Below are positions 8,897-17,761 of a stretch of 64,000 nt of DNA, piece by piece (positions within the stretch are counted from its first letter, which is position 1; each line of letters starts with the position of its first letter). Location of the stretch: assembly GCA_963767005.1 (NCBI GenBank), contig CAVYCN010000002.1:576001-640000 (forward strand). The letters run 5' to 3'. A model generated the notes under the pieces. That model saw only the letters and a program-made list of their open reading frames with translations, did no database searches and was not told the DNA's origin. The position numbers and the translations under genes were made by a program. The stretch comes from an uncultured Actinomycetes bacterium. GTDB taxonomy: Bacteria; Actinomycetota; Thermoleophilia; UBA2241.

Positions 8897-11407
8897 CTAC
8901 TTGACCGTCAGCGTGAGCGTGGCCGGCTTGGCCTGCCCGTTGCCGGCCAGGTCGGTCGCGGCGATCGTCACGCGGTAGACGCCGCGCGCCGCGGGCTTGA
9001 ACGCCCAGGCGGTGCGGGCACCGACCGCGACGGCCGGCAGCGTGACCGACTTCACGACCGCGCCGGCGCCCGACTTCACGATCAGCGTCACGCTCGCCCG
9101 CGGGCTCATGGCGTCGGCCACCCGATAGCCCAGGTGCACCGTGTGGCCGTGCTTCATCGTCACGGCGGTCGAGATCCACGACGCGGTCGGCGGCGCGGTG
9201 TCGACGTAGCCGCGTACCGTCACGGCGACCGTGCCCACCGTGTTCACCGCCCTCACCGCGACGGCGTAGGCGCCATCGGGCAGCGTCGCGCCCGCGCCAC
9301 CATGGCCGTCCCAGGCCCAGGTGTGCGCCCCGCTCGCCAGGGTGCCCAGCGCGGCGCGACGCACGACCTTGCCGGCGGCATCGGACACGCTCACGGTCAC
9401 CTTGGCGTTGCGTGTCGTGCGAAACGACAGCGTCGTCGCATCGTGCACGCCGTCGCCGTTCGGCGACAGCCAGACCGGCGTGAGGCGCGGATGGCCGAGC
9501 GTGTCGTCGACGACCAGGCTGTGCGTGGCCGTGGTCGAGTTGCCGGCCGGGTCGGTGGCCTGGAGCGTCAGGCTGTACGTGCCGTCGGGCGCGGCGCTCA
9601 GGCCGGTCGCGCCGCTCACCTTGCCGTCCCACGACAGCCGCGCACTGCCGGCGCGGACGGCGAGCGGCGCGAGCGTGCGCACCAGCACGCCGCGCGCGTC
9701 GCGCACCACGAGACCGACGCTGCAGCTCTCGCTGACGGAGAAAGTGAGGCCGACGGTGTCGGCGAGGCGGTCGCCGTTCGGGCTGATCAGCGCCGGCGAC
9801 AGCTTCAGGCCGGTCACCGCCGGCGGCACCGTGTCGAGCCGCACGGCCAGACTCGCGGGCCGTGCCGTGCCGTTCGCGCTCGTCGCGCTGAAGGCGGCGG
9901 TGTAGAGCCCGTCGGGCAGGTGCCGACCGGCGGCGTCGTGACCCGCCCAGGTCGCGGCAGCCGCGGCGCCGGTGCCCGAGAACTGGTCCACGACCGTGCC
10001 GCTCCCGTCGCTCACGGTGATCGTCCAGTCGTCCTTGCCGGAGAGCCCGGCGTGCAACGTGACCGTATCGCGCACCCCGTCGCCGTTCGGGCTGAACGCG
10101 GCCGGCGAGGCGGTGGGCGTGTAGATCTTGGGGTCACCGATGGCCGCGACCGCGGCGCGGATGGTCGGCAGCAGGCCGAACAGCACGTTCCCAGGACACT
10201 CGGTGTAGTTGACCTGCCGATGTCCCGAGATGACCGGTATCCTCACCCACTGGCCGGCGCGGTACTTCTGGGTGGTCAGGCACTCGACTCGGGCGGTGCC
10301 CTGCGGGTCCAGGTGAGACAGGTCGAGCTTCCATGCCAGCAGCCGCTCGAGCGACGAGAGCGCGGCCTTCGAGGGCGCCACGGTCTGGAAGGTGCCGATC
10401 AACGACACGCCCGTGCTCATGCTGTTGAAGCCCAGCACCTGAGCCCCGATCACGGCCTTGGCCACGCCGCCGTAGCGGCCTTCGTAGATGGTGCCGAAGC
10501 GGTCGATCAGGAAGTTGTAGCCGATGTCGTTCCAGCCGTTCACGCGTGTGTGGTAGTAGTAGATGCCGCGCACCAGGGCCGGCGCCTGGGCGCGCGTGTA
10601 GTCGTTGGCGTTCACCGTGTGGTGCACGAACGCACAGCGCACCTGGCCGTAGCTCGGCGACGCCGAGCGCAGGGCCTCGTCGGCGCCCCACTGCGCACGT
10701 GTGACGATCGCGGGTTCGGCCGGGCGCCCCAGCGGGGCGGGCACACCCGGACCCGCGGTGCCTGCGTCGGCGGCGGTCGCAGCGCTGCCGGCCGGCGCCG
10801 CGACGTCGGCCGTCGCGACCGTCGTCTTCGACTCGACGCAGGCCAGACGCACGTCGGTCACCGGCACGGCGCCGCCGCTGAAGGCGACCTCGTACTGCAC
10901 GTAGCGGGCCGCGCCCACCCAGACCGGCTCAGTCACGAGATCGGCACGCCCTTCGACGCTGCCGGCCGGTCCGCCGCCGTCGTCGGCGCGCAGCGTGAAC
11001 CACGGCGTCCAGGTGCGCCGATCGGCGCTCGTGCGCACGTGGAACTCGACCGTGCCGGCCCCGCCGGCCGTCGTGCGGAAGAGGATGCCGATCATGTCGA
11101 AAGGAGCGCCGGCGTCGACGGTCGCCGCGGGGCGTCCGTCGGGGCCGGTCACGTCCGGCAGCGCGAGGGCGCTCCGCAGGGCGGGGCCGTCGGCCACAGC
11201 GGCGACCGGCGCGGCGGCTGCGCCCGGCGTCGCCACGATGAAGCCGGTAGTCGGCGACGACGCCCAGGCGGGCGTCGCCGCGGCGCCCGCCCCCAGGGCG
11301 AGCGCGAGGGCGACCCCGAGCACGGCGGCGAGCCGGCGCGCGGTGCGCGGAGCGGCGGTCCTGGCGGCGGTGAGCGGTCGACCGAGGCGTCGAGACGGAC
11401 TGTGCAT
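8897..11407 (-). CDS. Secreted N-acetylmuramoyl-L-alanine amidase (Amidase_2/PGRP-like) with FlgD-Ig repeats
   Basis: Signal peptide; RAQWGADE, FVHHT, WNDIGYNFLIDRFGTIYEGR, GHR, TECPG; three SPNGD(G/R)...W(D/A)G repeats. Confidence 0.9.
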   Translation of the reverse strand: MHSPSRRLGRPLTAARTAAPRTARRLAAVLGVALALALGAGAAATPAWASSPTTGFIVATPGAAAAPVAAVADGPALRSALALPDVTGPDGRPAATVDAGAPFDMIGILFRTTAGGAGTVEFHVRTSADRRTWTPWFTLRADDGGGPAGSVEGRADLVTEPVWVGAARYVQYEVAFSGGAVPVTDVRLACVESKTTVATADVAAPAGSAATAADAGTAGPGVPAPLGRPAEPAIVTRAQWGADEALRSASPSYGQVRCAFVHHTVNANDYTRAQAPALVRGIYYYHTRVNGWNDIGYNFLIDRFGTIYEGRYGGVAKAVIGAQVLGFNSMSTGVSLIGTFQTVAPSKAALSSLERLLAWKLDLSHLDPQGTARVECLTTQKYRAGQWVRIPVISGHRQVNYTECPGNVLFGLLPTIRAAVAAIGDPKIYTPTASPAAFSPNGDGVRDTVTLHAGLSGKDDWTITVSDGSGTVVDQFSGTGAAAAATWAGHDAAGRHLPDGLYTAAFSATSANGTARPASLAVRLDTVPPAVTGLKLSPALISPNGDRLADTVGLTFSVSESCSVGLVVRDARGVLVRTLAPLAVRAGSARLSWDGKVSGATGLSAAPDGTYSLTLQATDPAGNSTTATHSLVVDDTLGHPRLTPVWLSPNGDGVHDATTLSFRTTRNAKVTVSVSDAAGKVVRRAALGTLASGAHTWAWDGHGGAGATLPDGAYAVAVRAVNTVGTVAVTVRGYVDTAPPTASWISTAVTMKHGHTVHLGYRVADAMSPRASVTLIVKSGAGAVVKSVTLPAVAVGARTAWAFKPAARGVYRVTIAATDLAGNGQAKPATLTLTVK

Positions 11408-11598
11408 GACTCTCCCTTCGCAACCCTGCGGTCAAGGTCGTCACAACCGCCGAAACCTTTACCGCTCGCGGCGCGCTCGCGGCGTGAGCCGGCCGGCGCG
11501 AGCCGCGAACGCCCGCGGGGCGGGCGGCCATGCTGGCCGCCCGCCCCGCGGGCATCGTACAGAAGCGAGCGACCGGCGCGCGGCCGGCCGGCGGTGCG

Positions 11599-12957
11599 CT
11601 ACTTCTTGTCCTCTTTGGCCTGCGTCATGCACGACCACACCGGCTGGTAGACACGGTCGACCTCGCTCGCGTACTCGTCGAGCTCGGTGCGCAGCTCGGT
11701 GATCATGTTCTCCGCGCCGACGTGAGTCGGATGCGCGCCGGTGACCTCGATGATCTCGCGCGAGTGGTGCGGGTTGTCGATCAGCATGCACGGCATGAGC
11801 AGGTTGTGGTTGAAGGGCTGGCGGCGCCGGATCTCCTGGAAGAACGGCGACGAGAAGGCCTGCTTGAGCGACACGTCGTGCACGTTGTCGGTCGCGAAGT
11901 GCGTGAAGATGCAGGGCTCGACCCAGCCCTCGTTGTTGATGTGGATGTAGTGCTTGCCGGCGATGCAGCCCTTGACGTACGGCGCGTCGCCCCAGAAGTC
12001 GACCGGGAAGAGCGCCTTGGTGTTGCGCACGCGCTCGATGCCCTCGCGGAACCGGTTGCGTTCGGCCGGCGTGAGCATGAGGCTCATGTCGGGGTTGGCG
12101 CCGACCGGCATGTAGAGGAAGTTCCAGGCGAGCATCGCGCCCTTCTCGACCATCAGGTCGGTGAACTCGTCGCTGACCAGCATCTCGAAGTTCTTGCGCG
12201 TGACGGTGGCCGAGTAGCCGAACACCATGCCGCGCTTGCGCAGCCCATCCATGGTCTGCATGATCTGGTCGAAGATGCCGGGTCCGCGGCGCGCGTCGGT
12301 GGGCTCCCGGCCGCCCTCGATGCTGAGCATGGGAGCCACGTTGCCGAGCGCGGCCAGGCGGTCGAGGGTGTCTTCGTCGAGCAGCGTGCCGTTCGTATAG
12401 ACCTGGAAGTAGACGTCGGGGTTGGCCGCGTAGAAGTCGAGCAGGTCGGGCCGGAAGAAGGGCTCGCCTCCGAGGATGGTGATCAGGTAGACGCCCATCT
12501 CGTTGGCCTGGTCGACGATCCGCTGCAGGGTGGCGACGTCCATGTCGCTGTCGCGCGAGTACTCGCCGGCGAAGCAGCCCTCGCAGGTGAGGTTGCAGCG
12601 CATGGTGGGGCTGATCAGGATCGTGAACGGCGTGGGCACGCCCTCGCGCTCGGTGAACTCGGAGCGCTTGGCCGAGCCGCGCAGCATGGTGTTGATCACG
12701 AAGCACTCGATGAAGCGGTTGCGCGCCCGCGGGCTGAGCTGCCCGACCACGTGCTTGGCGATGTGCAGCGCGGGGTGGTCCTCGATGACCTTGTCGCGCA
12801 CGAACAGGATCTCCGCCTTGTGCGCCTCGGGCGTGAGCTTCTCGGCGAGATTGAACGCTTTGACGATCTTGCCCTTGTCGTCACTCGTGGCGAGCTTGAG
12901 AATCTGATTGATGGTGCGTCGCTGGACCGCCGTGTACAGGCCCTCGGTGGTGCTCAT
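11599..12957 (-). CDS. Radical SAM protein with C-terminal twitch/SPASM-like cysteines
   Basis: CNLTCEGC; LGGEPF, YTNGT; GCIAG...YIHIN..G.VEPC; PCMLID; GGAGGGGAG SD before ATG 12957. Confidence 0.9.
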   Translation of the reverse strand: MSTTEGLYTAVQRRTINQILKLATSDDKGKIVKAFNLAEKLTPEAHKAEILFVRDKVIEDHPALHIAKHVVGQLSPRARNRFIECFVINTMLRGSAKRSEFTEREGVPTPFTILISPTMRCNLTCEGCFAGEYSRDSDMDVATLQRIVDQANEMGVYLITILGGEPFFRPDLLDFYAANPDVYFQVYTNGTLLDEDTLDRLAALGNVAPMLSIEGGREPTDARRGPGIFDQIMQTMDGLRKRGMVFGYSATVTRKNFEMLVSDEFTDLMVEKGAMLAWNFLYMPVGANPDMSLMLTPAERNRFREGIERVRNTKALFPVDFWGDAPYVKGCIAGKHYIHINNEGWVEPCIFTHFATDNVHDVSLKQAFSSPFFQEIRRRQPFNHNLLMPCMLIDNPHHSREIIEVTGAHPTHVGAENMITELRTELDEYASEVDRVYQPVWSCMTQAKEDKK

Positions 12958-13085
12958 CGTCTCCCCTCCCCTGAGGCTGTCCTCGAGTCTGGCGCCCATC
13001 ATACCAAACGAAGCCGCTCATCTTCGAACCGGTGCGTGCGTGGCTATCCTCATACCCGACCGCGGCGGCTTGCCGCGGCCGTTGA

Positions 13086-13135
13086 CTGCGGCGACATCGG
13101 CGGCGCCGCGCGTGGCGCCGCCGATGTCGCCGCAG
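13086..13135. repeat. Perfect 22-bp inverted repeat in a divergent intergenic region
   Basis: CTGCGGCGACATCGGCGGCGCC-gcgcgt-GGCGCCGCCGATGTCGCCGCAG. Confidence 0.9.
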
Positions 13136-13163
13136 CGGCTACGCATTCGCAGGCCCTACCCCC

Positions 13164-13190
13164 TACAGGAAGCGCACCACCTGTCGATAG
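13164..13190 (+). promoter_or_regulatory. Putative sigma-28 (FliA/WhiG)-like promoter
   Basis: TACAG-N14-GTCGATAG ending 12 nt before the riboswitch; same spacing as the 16553-16579 motif. Confidence 0.45.
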
Positions 13191-13202
13191 ACGGATTGAC
13201 AA

Positions 13203-13271
13203 GGGCAAACCTGCCGCGAGGCAGGGACGCAAAGCCAGAGGTCTTGAGGTGATCAAGATAGCTCGGTTGCC
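13203..13271 (+). ncRNA. Cyclic di-GMP-I (GEMM) riboswitch
   Basis: GGGCAAAC-CTGCC-GCGA-GGCAG-GGACGCAAAGCC-AGAGGTCTTGA...TCAAGATAGCTCGG-TTGCC: GNRA-capped P2, GACGCAAAGC junction, P3 stem, P1 GGCAA/TTGCC. Confidence 0.9.
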
Positions 13272-13407
13272 GCAAACGAGAGCCATCCAGGCTCACAGCA
13301 CCCTCCTCTCTCCGCCTCTGCCCGCGTCGACCCCTCGTCGCCGGCATCAGACCTGACGGTCGGGGCTGCCGGCGTCCCGATCGTCAGTGCGTCGCGGAGG
13401 CGGTGTG

Positions 13408-15018
13408 ATGAAACGCAGATTCCTCGTGGTGGCAGCCGCGCTGCTGGTCGCGGTGGTGCTCGCCTGGGGCGGCACCGCCTGGGCCGACCAGACGAGCGCA
13501 CAGATCGATCCGAGCGTGCTCACGGAGCTCGACGCCGCTGGCGGCGCCAGCGTGCCGGTCATCGTCTATGCGACCCCCGGCCACCTCGCCGACCTGACCG
13601 CAGAGCTCGGCGCGACCAACGTCGATGAATCGCTCGCGCTGATCGGCGCCGTCTCGACCGACGTCACGCCCGACACGATCACAACCGTCGCCGCGCTGCC
13701 CTACACCGACTACGTCGCCGCCGACGCCCCCATCTTCGGCACCGACTATCAGGCGAGTCTCGACGTGACCAACGCCACGATCGGGCTTGGCGCCATCGCA
13801 CCGCCCGCGCCCGTGGCGCACGGGCTCGACGGTGCAGGTGTCGGTGTGGCCGTGCTCGACAGCGGCAGCGCCGACGTACCAGACCTCGATGCCGCCAACG
13901 GCCAGTCGAGGGTCGTCGCCTTCGTCGACTTCGTGAACGGCCGGCGCCGCATGTACGACGACGGCGGGCACGGTACCTTCGTCGACGGCATCATCGCCGG
14001 CAACGGCGCAGGCTCGGTGCCGGTCGACCAGGGCGGCAAGGCCGCGACGCAGTACCGCGGCGTCGCGCCCGACGCGAACATCGTCTCGCTCAAGGTCCTC
14101 GACCGGCACGGCGACGGTCGCTCCTCGGCGCTCGTCGCCGCCATCGCCTGGGCGATCGCCCACCGGCAGCAGTACGACATCCGCGTCATGAACATCTCGG
14201 TCGAGGGGAACGTCACCTGTCCGGCCGCTTACGACCCGGTCGATCGTGCCGTCGACGCCGCCTGGAAGGCGGGCATCGTCGTCGTCTGCGCCGCCGGCAA
14301 CGAGGGCGCGTTCGGCGAAGGCGGCATCCTCTCCCCCGGCAACGATCCCTACGCGGTCACCGTCGGCGCCGCCGATACGCAGCAGACCGACGACCCGAGC
14401 GACGACGCCGTGTGCTCGTACAGCTCGATCGGTCCGACCCAGTTCGACGAGTTCGCCAAGCCCGACATCGTCGCCCCCGGCAACCACATCGTCTCGCTGC
14501 GGGCGCCCGGGAGCTGGGTCGACCTGAACTACCCGCAGACTCGCGTGCCGGTGTCGAGCTACATCCCGGGCGCCTCCAACTGGACACCGAGCGCCTACGC
14601 CGTCATGTCGGGCACGAGCGCCGCGGCCCCGGTCGTCGCCGGCGCGGCGGCGCTCATGATCCAGCAGGACCCGACGCTCACGCCGGGCGAGGTCAAGCTG
14701 CGCCTCATGGACAGCGCTCAGCCGATCGCAACGAGCGACAAGTACGCCGCGGGCGCCGGTGAGCTCGACGTCGCGGCCGCCCTCAAGGACGGGGCGACCA
14801 CGACCGGCTACGACACCTCCGCCAAGCTCGGCAACGGCACCACGATCCTGCCGATCGACGTCCAGCTCCAGTGGCAGCGCTACAGCTGGTCGCGCTATAG
14901 CTGGTCGCGCTACAGCTGGTCGCGCTACTCGTGGTCGCGCTACAGCTGGTCGCGGTACTCCTGGTCGAGATACACCTGGAGCAGGTACTCGTGGTCGGTG
15001 ATCATCGACGGGGAGTGA
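13408..15018 (+). CDS. Secreted S8 subtilisin-like serine peptidase with C-terminal (RYSWS)8 tail
   Basis: Sec signal (MKRRFLVV...AWA); triad VAVLDSG, GHGTFV, MSGTSAAAP; oxyanion AAGN; KPDIVAPG; GGAGG SD. Confidence 0.93.
   Translation: MKRRFLVVAAALLVAVVLAWGGTAWADQTSAQIDPSVLTELDAAGGASVPVIVYATPGHLADLTAELGATNVDESLALIGAVSTDVTPDTITTVAALPYTDYVAADAPIFGTDYQASLDVTNATIGLGAIAPPAPVAHGLDGAGVGVAVLDSGSADVPDLDAANGQSRVVAFVDFVNGRRRMYDDGGHGTFVDGIIAGNGAGSVPVDQGGKAATQYRGVAPDANIVSLKVLDRHGDGRSSALVAAIAWAIAHRQQYDIRVMNISVEGNVTCPAAYDPVDRAVDAAWKAGIVVVCAAGNEGAFGEGGILSPGNDPYAVTVGAADTQQTDDPSDDAVCSYSSIGPTQFDEFAKPDIVAPGNHIVSLRAPGSWVDLNYPQTRVPVSSYIPGASNWTPSAYAVMSGTSAAAPVVAGAAALMIQQDPTLTPGEVKLRLMDSAQPIATSDKYAAGAGELDVAAALKDGATTTGYDTSAKLGNGTTILPIDVQLQWQRYSWSRYSWSRYSWSRYSWSRYSWSRYSWSRYTWSRYSWSVIIDGE
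14878..14997 (+). repeat. Eight in-frame 15-bp repeats encoding RYSWS (seventh is RYTWS)
   Basis: Peptide conserved while codons vary (Arg CGC/CGG/AGA/AGG; Ser AGC/TCG/TCC). Confidence 0.95.
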
Positions 15019-16544
15019 GCGGCGCCTCTGAGCCGATGCGCCCGGCAGCGGCCGCGCAATCGCGCGCGGCCGTCACCGCGTTCGTCGTCGCGACGGCGCT
15101 CGCCGCCTGCGCGGCTCTCGTCTTCGCCCACACCCAGGGCGCCGCCGACCTGCCTCCCGGCGTGCTCGCCTTCGTGGTGCTCGTGTTCGTCACCAGCCTG
15201 CGCGACGTGCGCCTTCCGGTGGTCGGCCACGTCACGCTCACGTTCGTGCCGGTGCTCGCCGCGCTCGTCGTCTTCGGTCTCTGGCCGGCGCTCGTCGTCG
15301 TCGTCTTCTCGGGCCTGGCGACCATCGGGGTCACGCGCGACCCCGAGAAGATCCTCTTCAACGTCAGCAGCTACATCGTCGCGATGTTCGCGGCCGGCAC
15401 CGTCTATCTCGTGCTCCTGCCCGCCGCGCCCACCCTGTCGACGAAGGTCCTGCCGGCCTTCGCCGCCACCGGGGCCGACTTCCTCGTCAGCACGGCCATG
15501 CTGGCCACGGTGATCGCACTGTCCTCGCAACAGAACCCCGTTGTCGTCTGGCAGCGCAACTACCAGTGGGGCTTCCCGAGCTACCTCACGGGCGCCTCGC
15601 TCGCGCTGTGCGTCGCCTGGCTCTACCTGCGGATCGGCGTCGCCGGGCTCGCGCTCGGCGTGCCGCCGCTGTTCCTCATCTGGTACTCCTACGACGTCTA
15701 CACCGGACGCCTGCGCGACCGTGCCGCGTACACGAGCGAGGTGGCTTCGTTTCGCGAGGAGCTCGCCGCCGCGGTACGCTCGCAGGACGAGCTGCGTTCC
15801 GCTCAGCACCGGGTCGCCGCCGAGATCGAGCGGGCGCGCGGCATCCAGGCCGACCTGCTGCCGCGCCAGGCGCCCGACGTACAGGGGCTCGAGCTCGCCC
15901 ACCGCATCGAGTTCATGACCGAGATGGGCGGCGACTACTTCGACTTCGTCCCGCTGGACGACGGCCGCCTGGGCATCGTCTGTGGCGACGTCATGGGCAA
16001 GGGCCTCGCGGCCGCTCTCATCATGACGATGGCGCGCAGCATGATCCTCGGCGCCGCCCGCGACGGACGCCGCCCCGGCGAGGTCCTGTCGGCGGTGAAC
16101 GATGGCCTGACCCGTGATCTCGCCGGCCAGTCGGCGCCCTCGTTCCTGACGCTCGCCTACGCCATCTACTCGCCGTCACAACGCGAGCTCGTCATCGCCA
16201 ACGGCGGACACAACCCGCTGCTCGTGTTCGGCTCCGGCGGGCGCCGCGAGCTGCCCTCGCGGGGCAGCATGCTGGGCGTGCGCACCGACCTCGAGTTTCC
16301 CGAGGACCGTGTCGCGCTCGCGCCCGGCGACTCGTTCGCGCTCTTCACCGACGGTCTCACCGAGGCTCGCGGCGAGGACCGCGAGCTCTTCGGCGTGGAG
16401 CGTCTCGCCGACTCCCTGGCCGACGCCTCCGGCACCTCGGCCGCGGCGACCGTCGAGGCCGCCTGGCAAGCGGTGAGCGACTTCCGCGACGGCACGCCGG
16501 CGAGCGACGACGCCACCCTGCTGATCGGCCGCGTCGTCGCCTGA
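15015..16544 (+). CDS. Membrane-sensor SpoIIE/RsbU-type PP2C phosphatase
   Basis: GTG overlaps the peptidase TGA (GTGA); about 6-7 hydrophobic helices, coiled coil, then ARGIQADLLP, GGDYFD, GDVMGKG, NGGH, FTDGLTEA, DDATL. Confidence 0.9.
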   Translation: MSGASEPMRPAAAAQSRAAVTAFVVATALAACAALVFAHTQGAADLPPGVLAFVVLVFVTSLRDVRLPVVGHVTLTFVPVLAALVVFGLWPALVVVVFSGLATIGVTRDPEKILFNVSSYIVAMFAAGTVYLVLLPAAPTLSTKVLPAFAATGADFLVSTAMLATVIALSSQQNPVVVWQRNYQWGFPSYLTGASLALCVAWLYLRIGVAGLALGVPPLFLIWYSYDVYTGRLRDRAAYTSEVASFREELAAAVRSQDELRSAQHRVAAEIERARGIQADLLPRQAPDVQGLELAHRIEFMTEMGGDYFDFVPLDDGRLGIVCGDVMGKGLAAALIMTMARSMILGAARDGRRPGEVLSAVNDGLTRDLAGQSAPSFLTLAYAIYSPSQRELVIANGGHNPLLVFGSGGRRELPSRGSMLGVRTDLEFPEDRVALAPGDSFALFTDGLTEARGEDRELFGVERLADSLADASGTSAAATVEAAWQAVSDFRDGTPASDDATLLIGRVVA

Positions 16545-16552
16545 TCGAGCCA

Positions 16553-16579
16553 TCCAGAATCGGCGATTTCAGCCGATAC
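16553..16579 (+). promoter_or_regulatory. Putative sigma-28-like internal promoter
   Basis: TCCAG-N14-GCCGATAC just upstream of the anti-sigma kinase gene. Confidence 0.45.
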
Positions 16580-16591
16580 ACAACAGCGGAG

Positions 16592-17365
16592 ATGGTCATG
16601 CCAGCGCACGAGAGCAAGGTGAACCCCGCCACCCTCCAGGTGATGCGCTACGACGCTCGCCGGGGCACGCTGTCGGTCATCGTCGGCGAGGCCAGCGGCA
16701 TCCCGCGCGAGATCCTCGGCCAGCGCGCGATCGAAGCCATGCGGGCGCGCAGCTTCATCTGCCACACGACCGAGGCCGACACGCTGCTGGGCGCCGACGA
16801 GATCTGCTTCATCCCGCGCGGCGACCGCTGCGAGATCGTGAGCATCCACACCAACGGCTGGCGCCGCCACCACGGCGACCATCGCCGCAGCCTCGTCGAG
16901 ATCCTGAACGATCTCGCCGCGGCCGTCGCCCGCGGCACGCTCACGTTCCTCGACCGCGGTGAGCTCGAGGCGGTCAGGGCCGAGGGACACGCCGTGCTCA
17001 CCTGCACGATCGACGACACCGCCTCGCTCGCCCAGGCGCGCGCCGCGGTGGCTCAGGTCCTGTCCGACCACGGCGTCCCCGCCGACGCCCGGCGGCGCCT
17101 CGAGCTCTGCGTCTCCGAGGCCACCACGAACATGCTCGTGCACGGCGGCGGCGGCGGCACCATGAGCCTCGTGCGCGTCGCGGATCGTCTGCGTATCATC
17201 GTCGCTGACCGGGGACCCGGCCTGAACTTCATCAACTGGACCGAGACGGGCTCACGGCAACCCTCGATGGGCTACGGCTACAAGATCATTCTTGATAACC
17301 TTGAGCGCGTGTACCTGCACACCGGCGACGAGGGCACGACCCTCGTCCTCGATCACACGATCTAG
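16592..17365 (+). CDS. RsbW/SpoIIAB-like anti-sigma factor Ser kinase with extra N-terminal domain (start may be ATG 16598)
   Basis: LCVSEATTNMLVHG, IVADRGPG, SMGYG, GTTLVL boxes in the C-terminal half. Confidence 0.82.
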   Translation: MVMPAHESKVNPATLQVMRYDARRGTLSVIVGEASGIPREILGQRAIEAMRARSFICHTTEADTLLGADEICFIPRGDRCEIVSIHTNGWRRHHGDHRRSLVEILNDLAAAVARGTLTFLDRGELEAVRAEGHAVLTCTIDDTASLAQARAAVAQVLSDHGVPADARRRLELCVSEATTNMLVHGGGGGTMSLVRVADRLRIIVADRGPGLNFINWTETGSRQPSMGYGYKIILDNLERVYLHTGDEGTTLVLDHTI

Positions 17366-17379
17366 AAGGGACGGGACCG

Positions 17380-17694
17380 ATGCTGCACACGCGCGTTGAG
17401 ACCGCGGACACGCCCGTCATCCACCTCGAGGGCGAGATCGACCTCGACTCGGCGGAGACGTTCCGTTGGGTCGTGACCGACGCGGTGCGAGGCGCGACCC
17501 AGGTCGTGCTCGACTTCGCCAAGGTCACGTTCATCGACTCGTCCGGCACGGGGCTGCTCGTCCGCCTCTGCCTCGACTACAAGTCGCAGGGCGTGCGGCT
17601 GCTCCTCACCAACATCCCGCCCGCCGTCGACGACGTCTTCACCATGCTCAAGGTGCGGACCCTCGTCGGCGACGAATCGTTCCTCGACGCCTAG
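17380..17694 (+). CDS. STAS-domain anti-sigma factor antagonist (RsbV/SpoIIAA-like)
   Basis: LEGEIDL, VVLDFAKVTFIDSSG (phospho-Ser motif). Confidence 0.92.
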   Translation: MLHTRVETADTPVIHLEGEIDLDSAETFRWVVTDAVRGATQVVLDFAKVTFIDSSGTGLLVRLCLDYKSQGVRLLLTNIPPAVDDVFTMLKVRTLVGDESFLDA

Positions 17695-17761
17695 CCTCCC
17701 GCCGCGGCGCTGCTCCCGGCGGGTCCGCCGCGCGCCCCGACGCAGGTCCGCGCGCCGCGAC

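Noticed and set aside
11408-11598. c-di-AMP (ydaO) riboswitch upstream of the cell-wall amidase
   Set aside because: The expected GCTGAATCC and GGGAACCG-type conserved segments are not present
11599-15018. RiPP hypothesis: the divergent radical SAM enzyme cross-links the W/Y-rich protease tail
   Set aside because: The enzyme is transcribed separately, shows no evident peptide-recognition element, and the tail is on a Sec-exported protein coupled to signalling genes; only adjacency supports it
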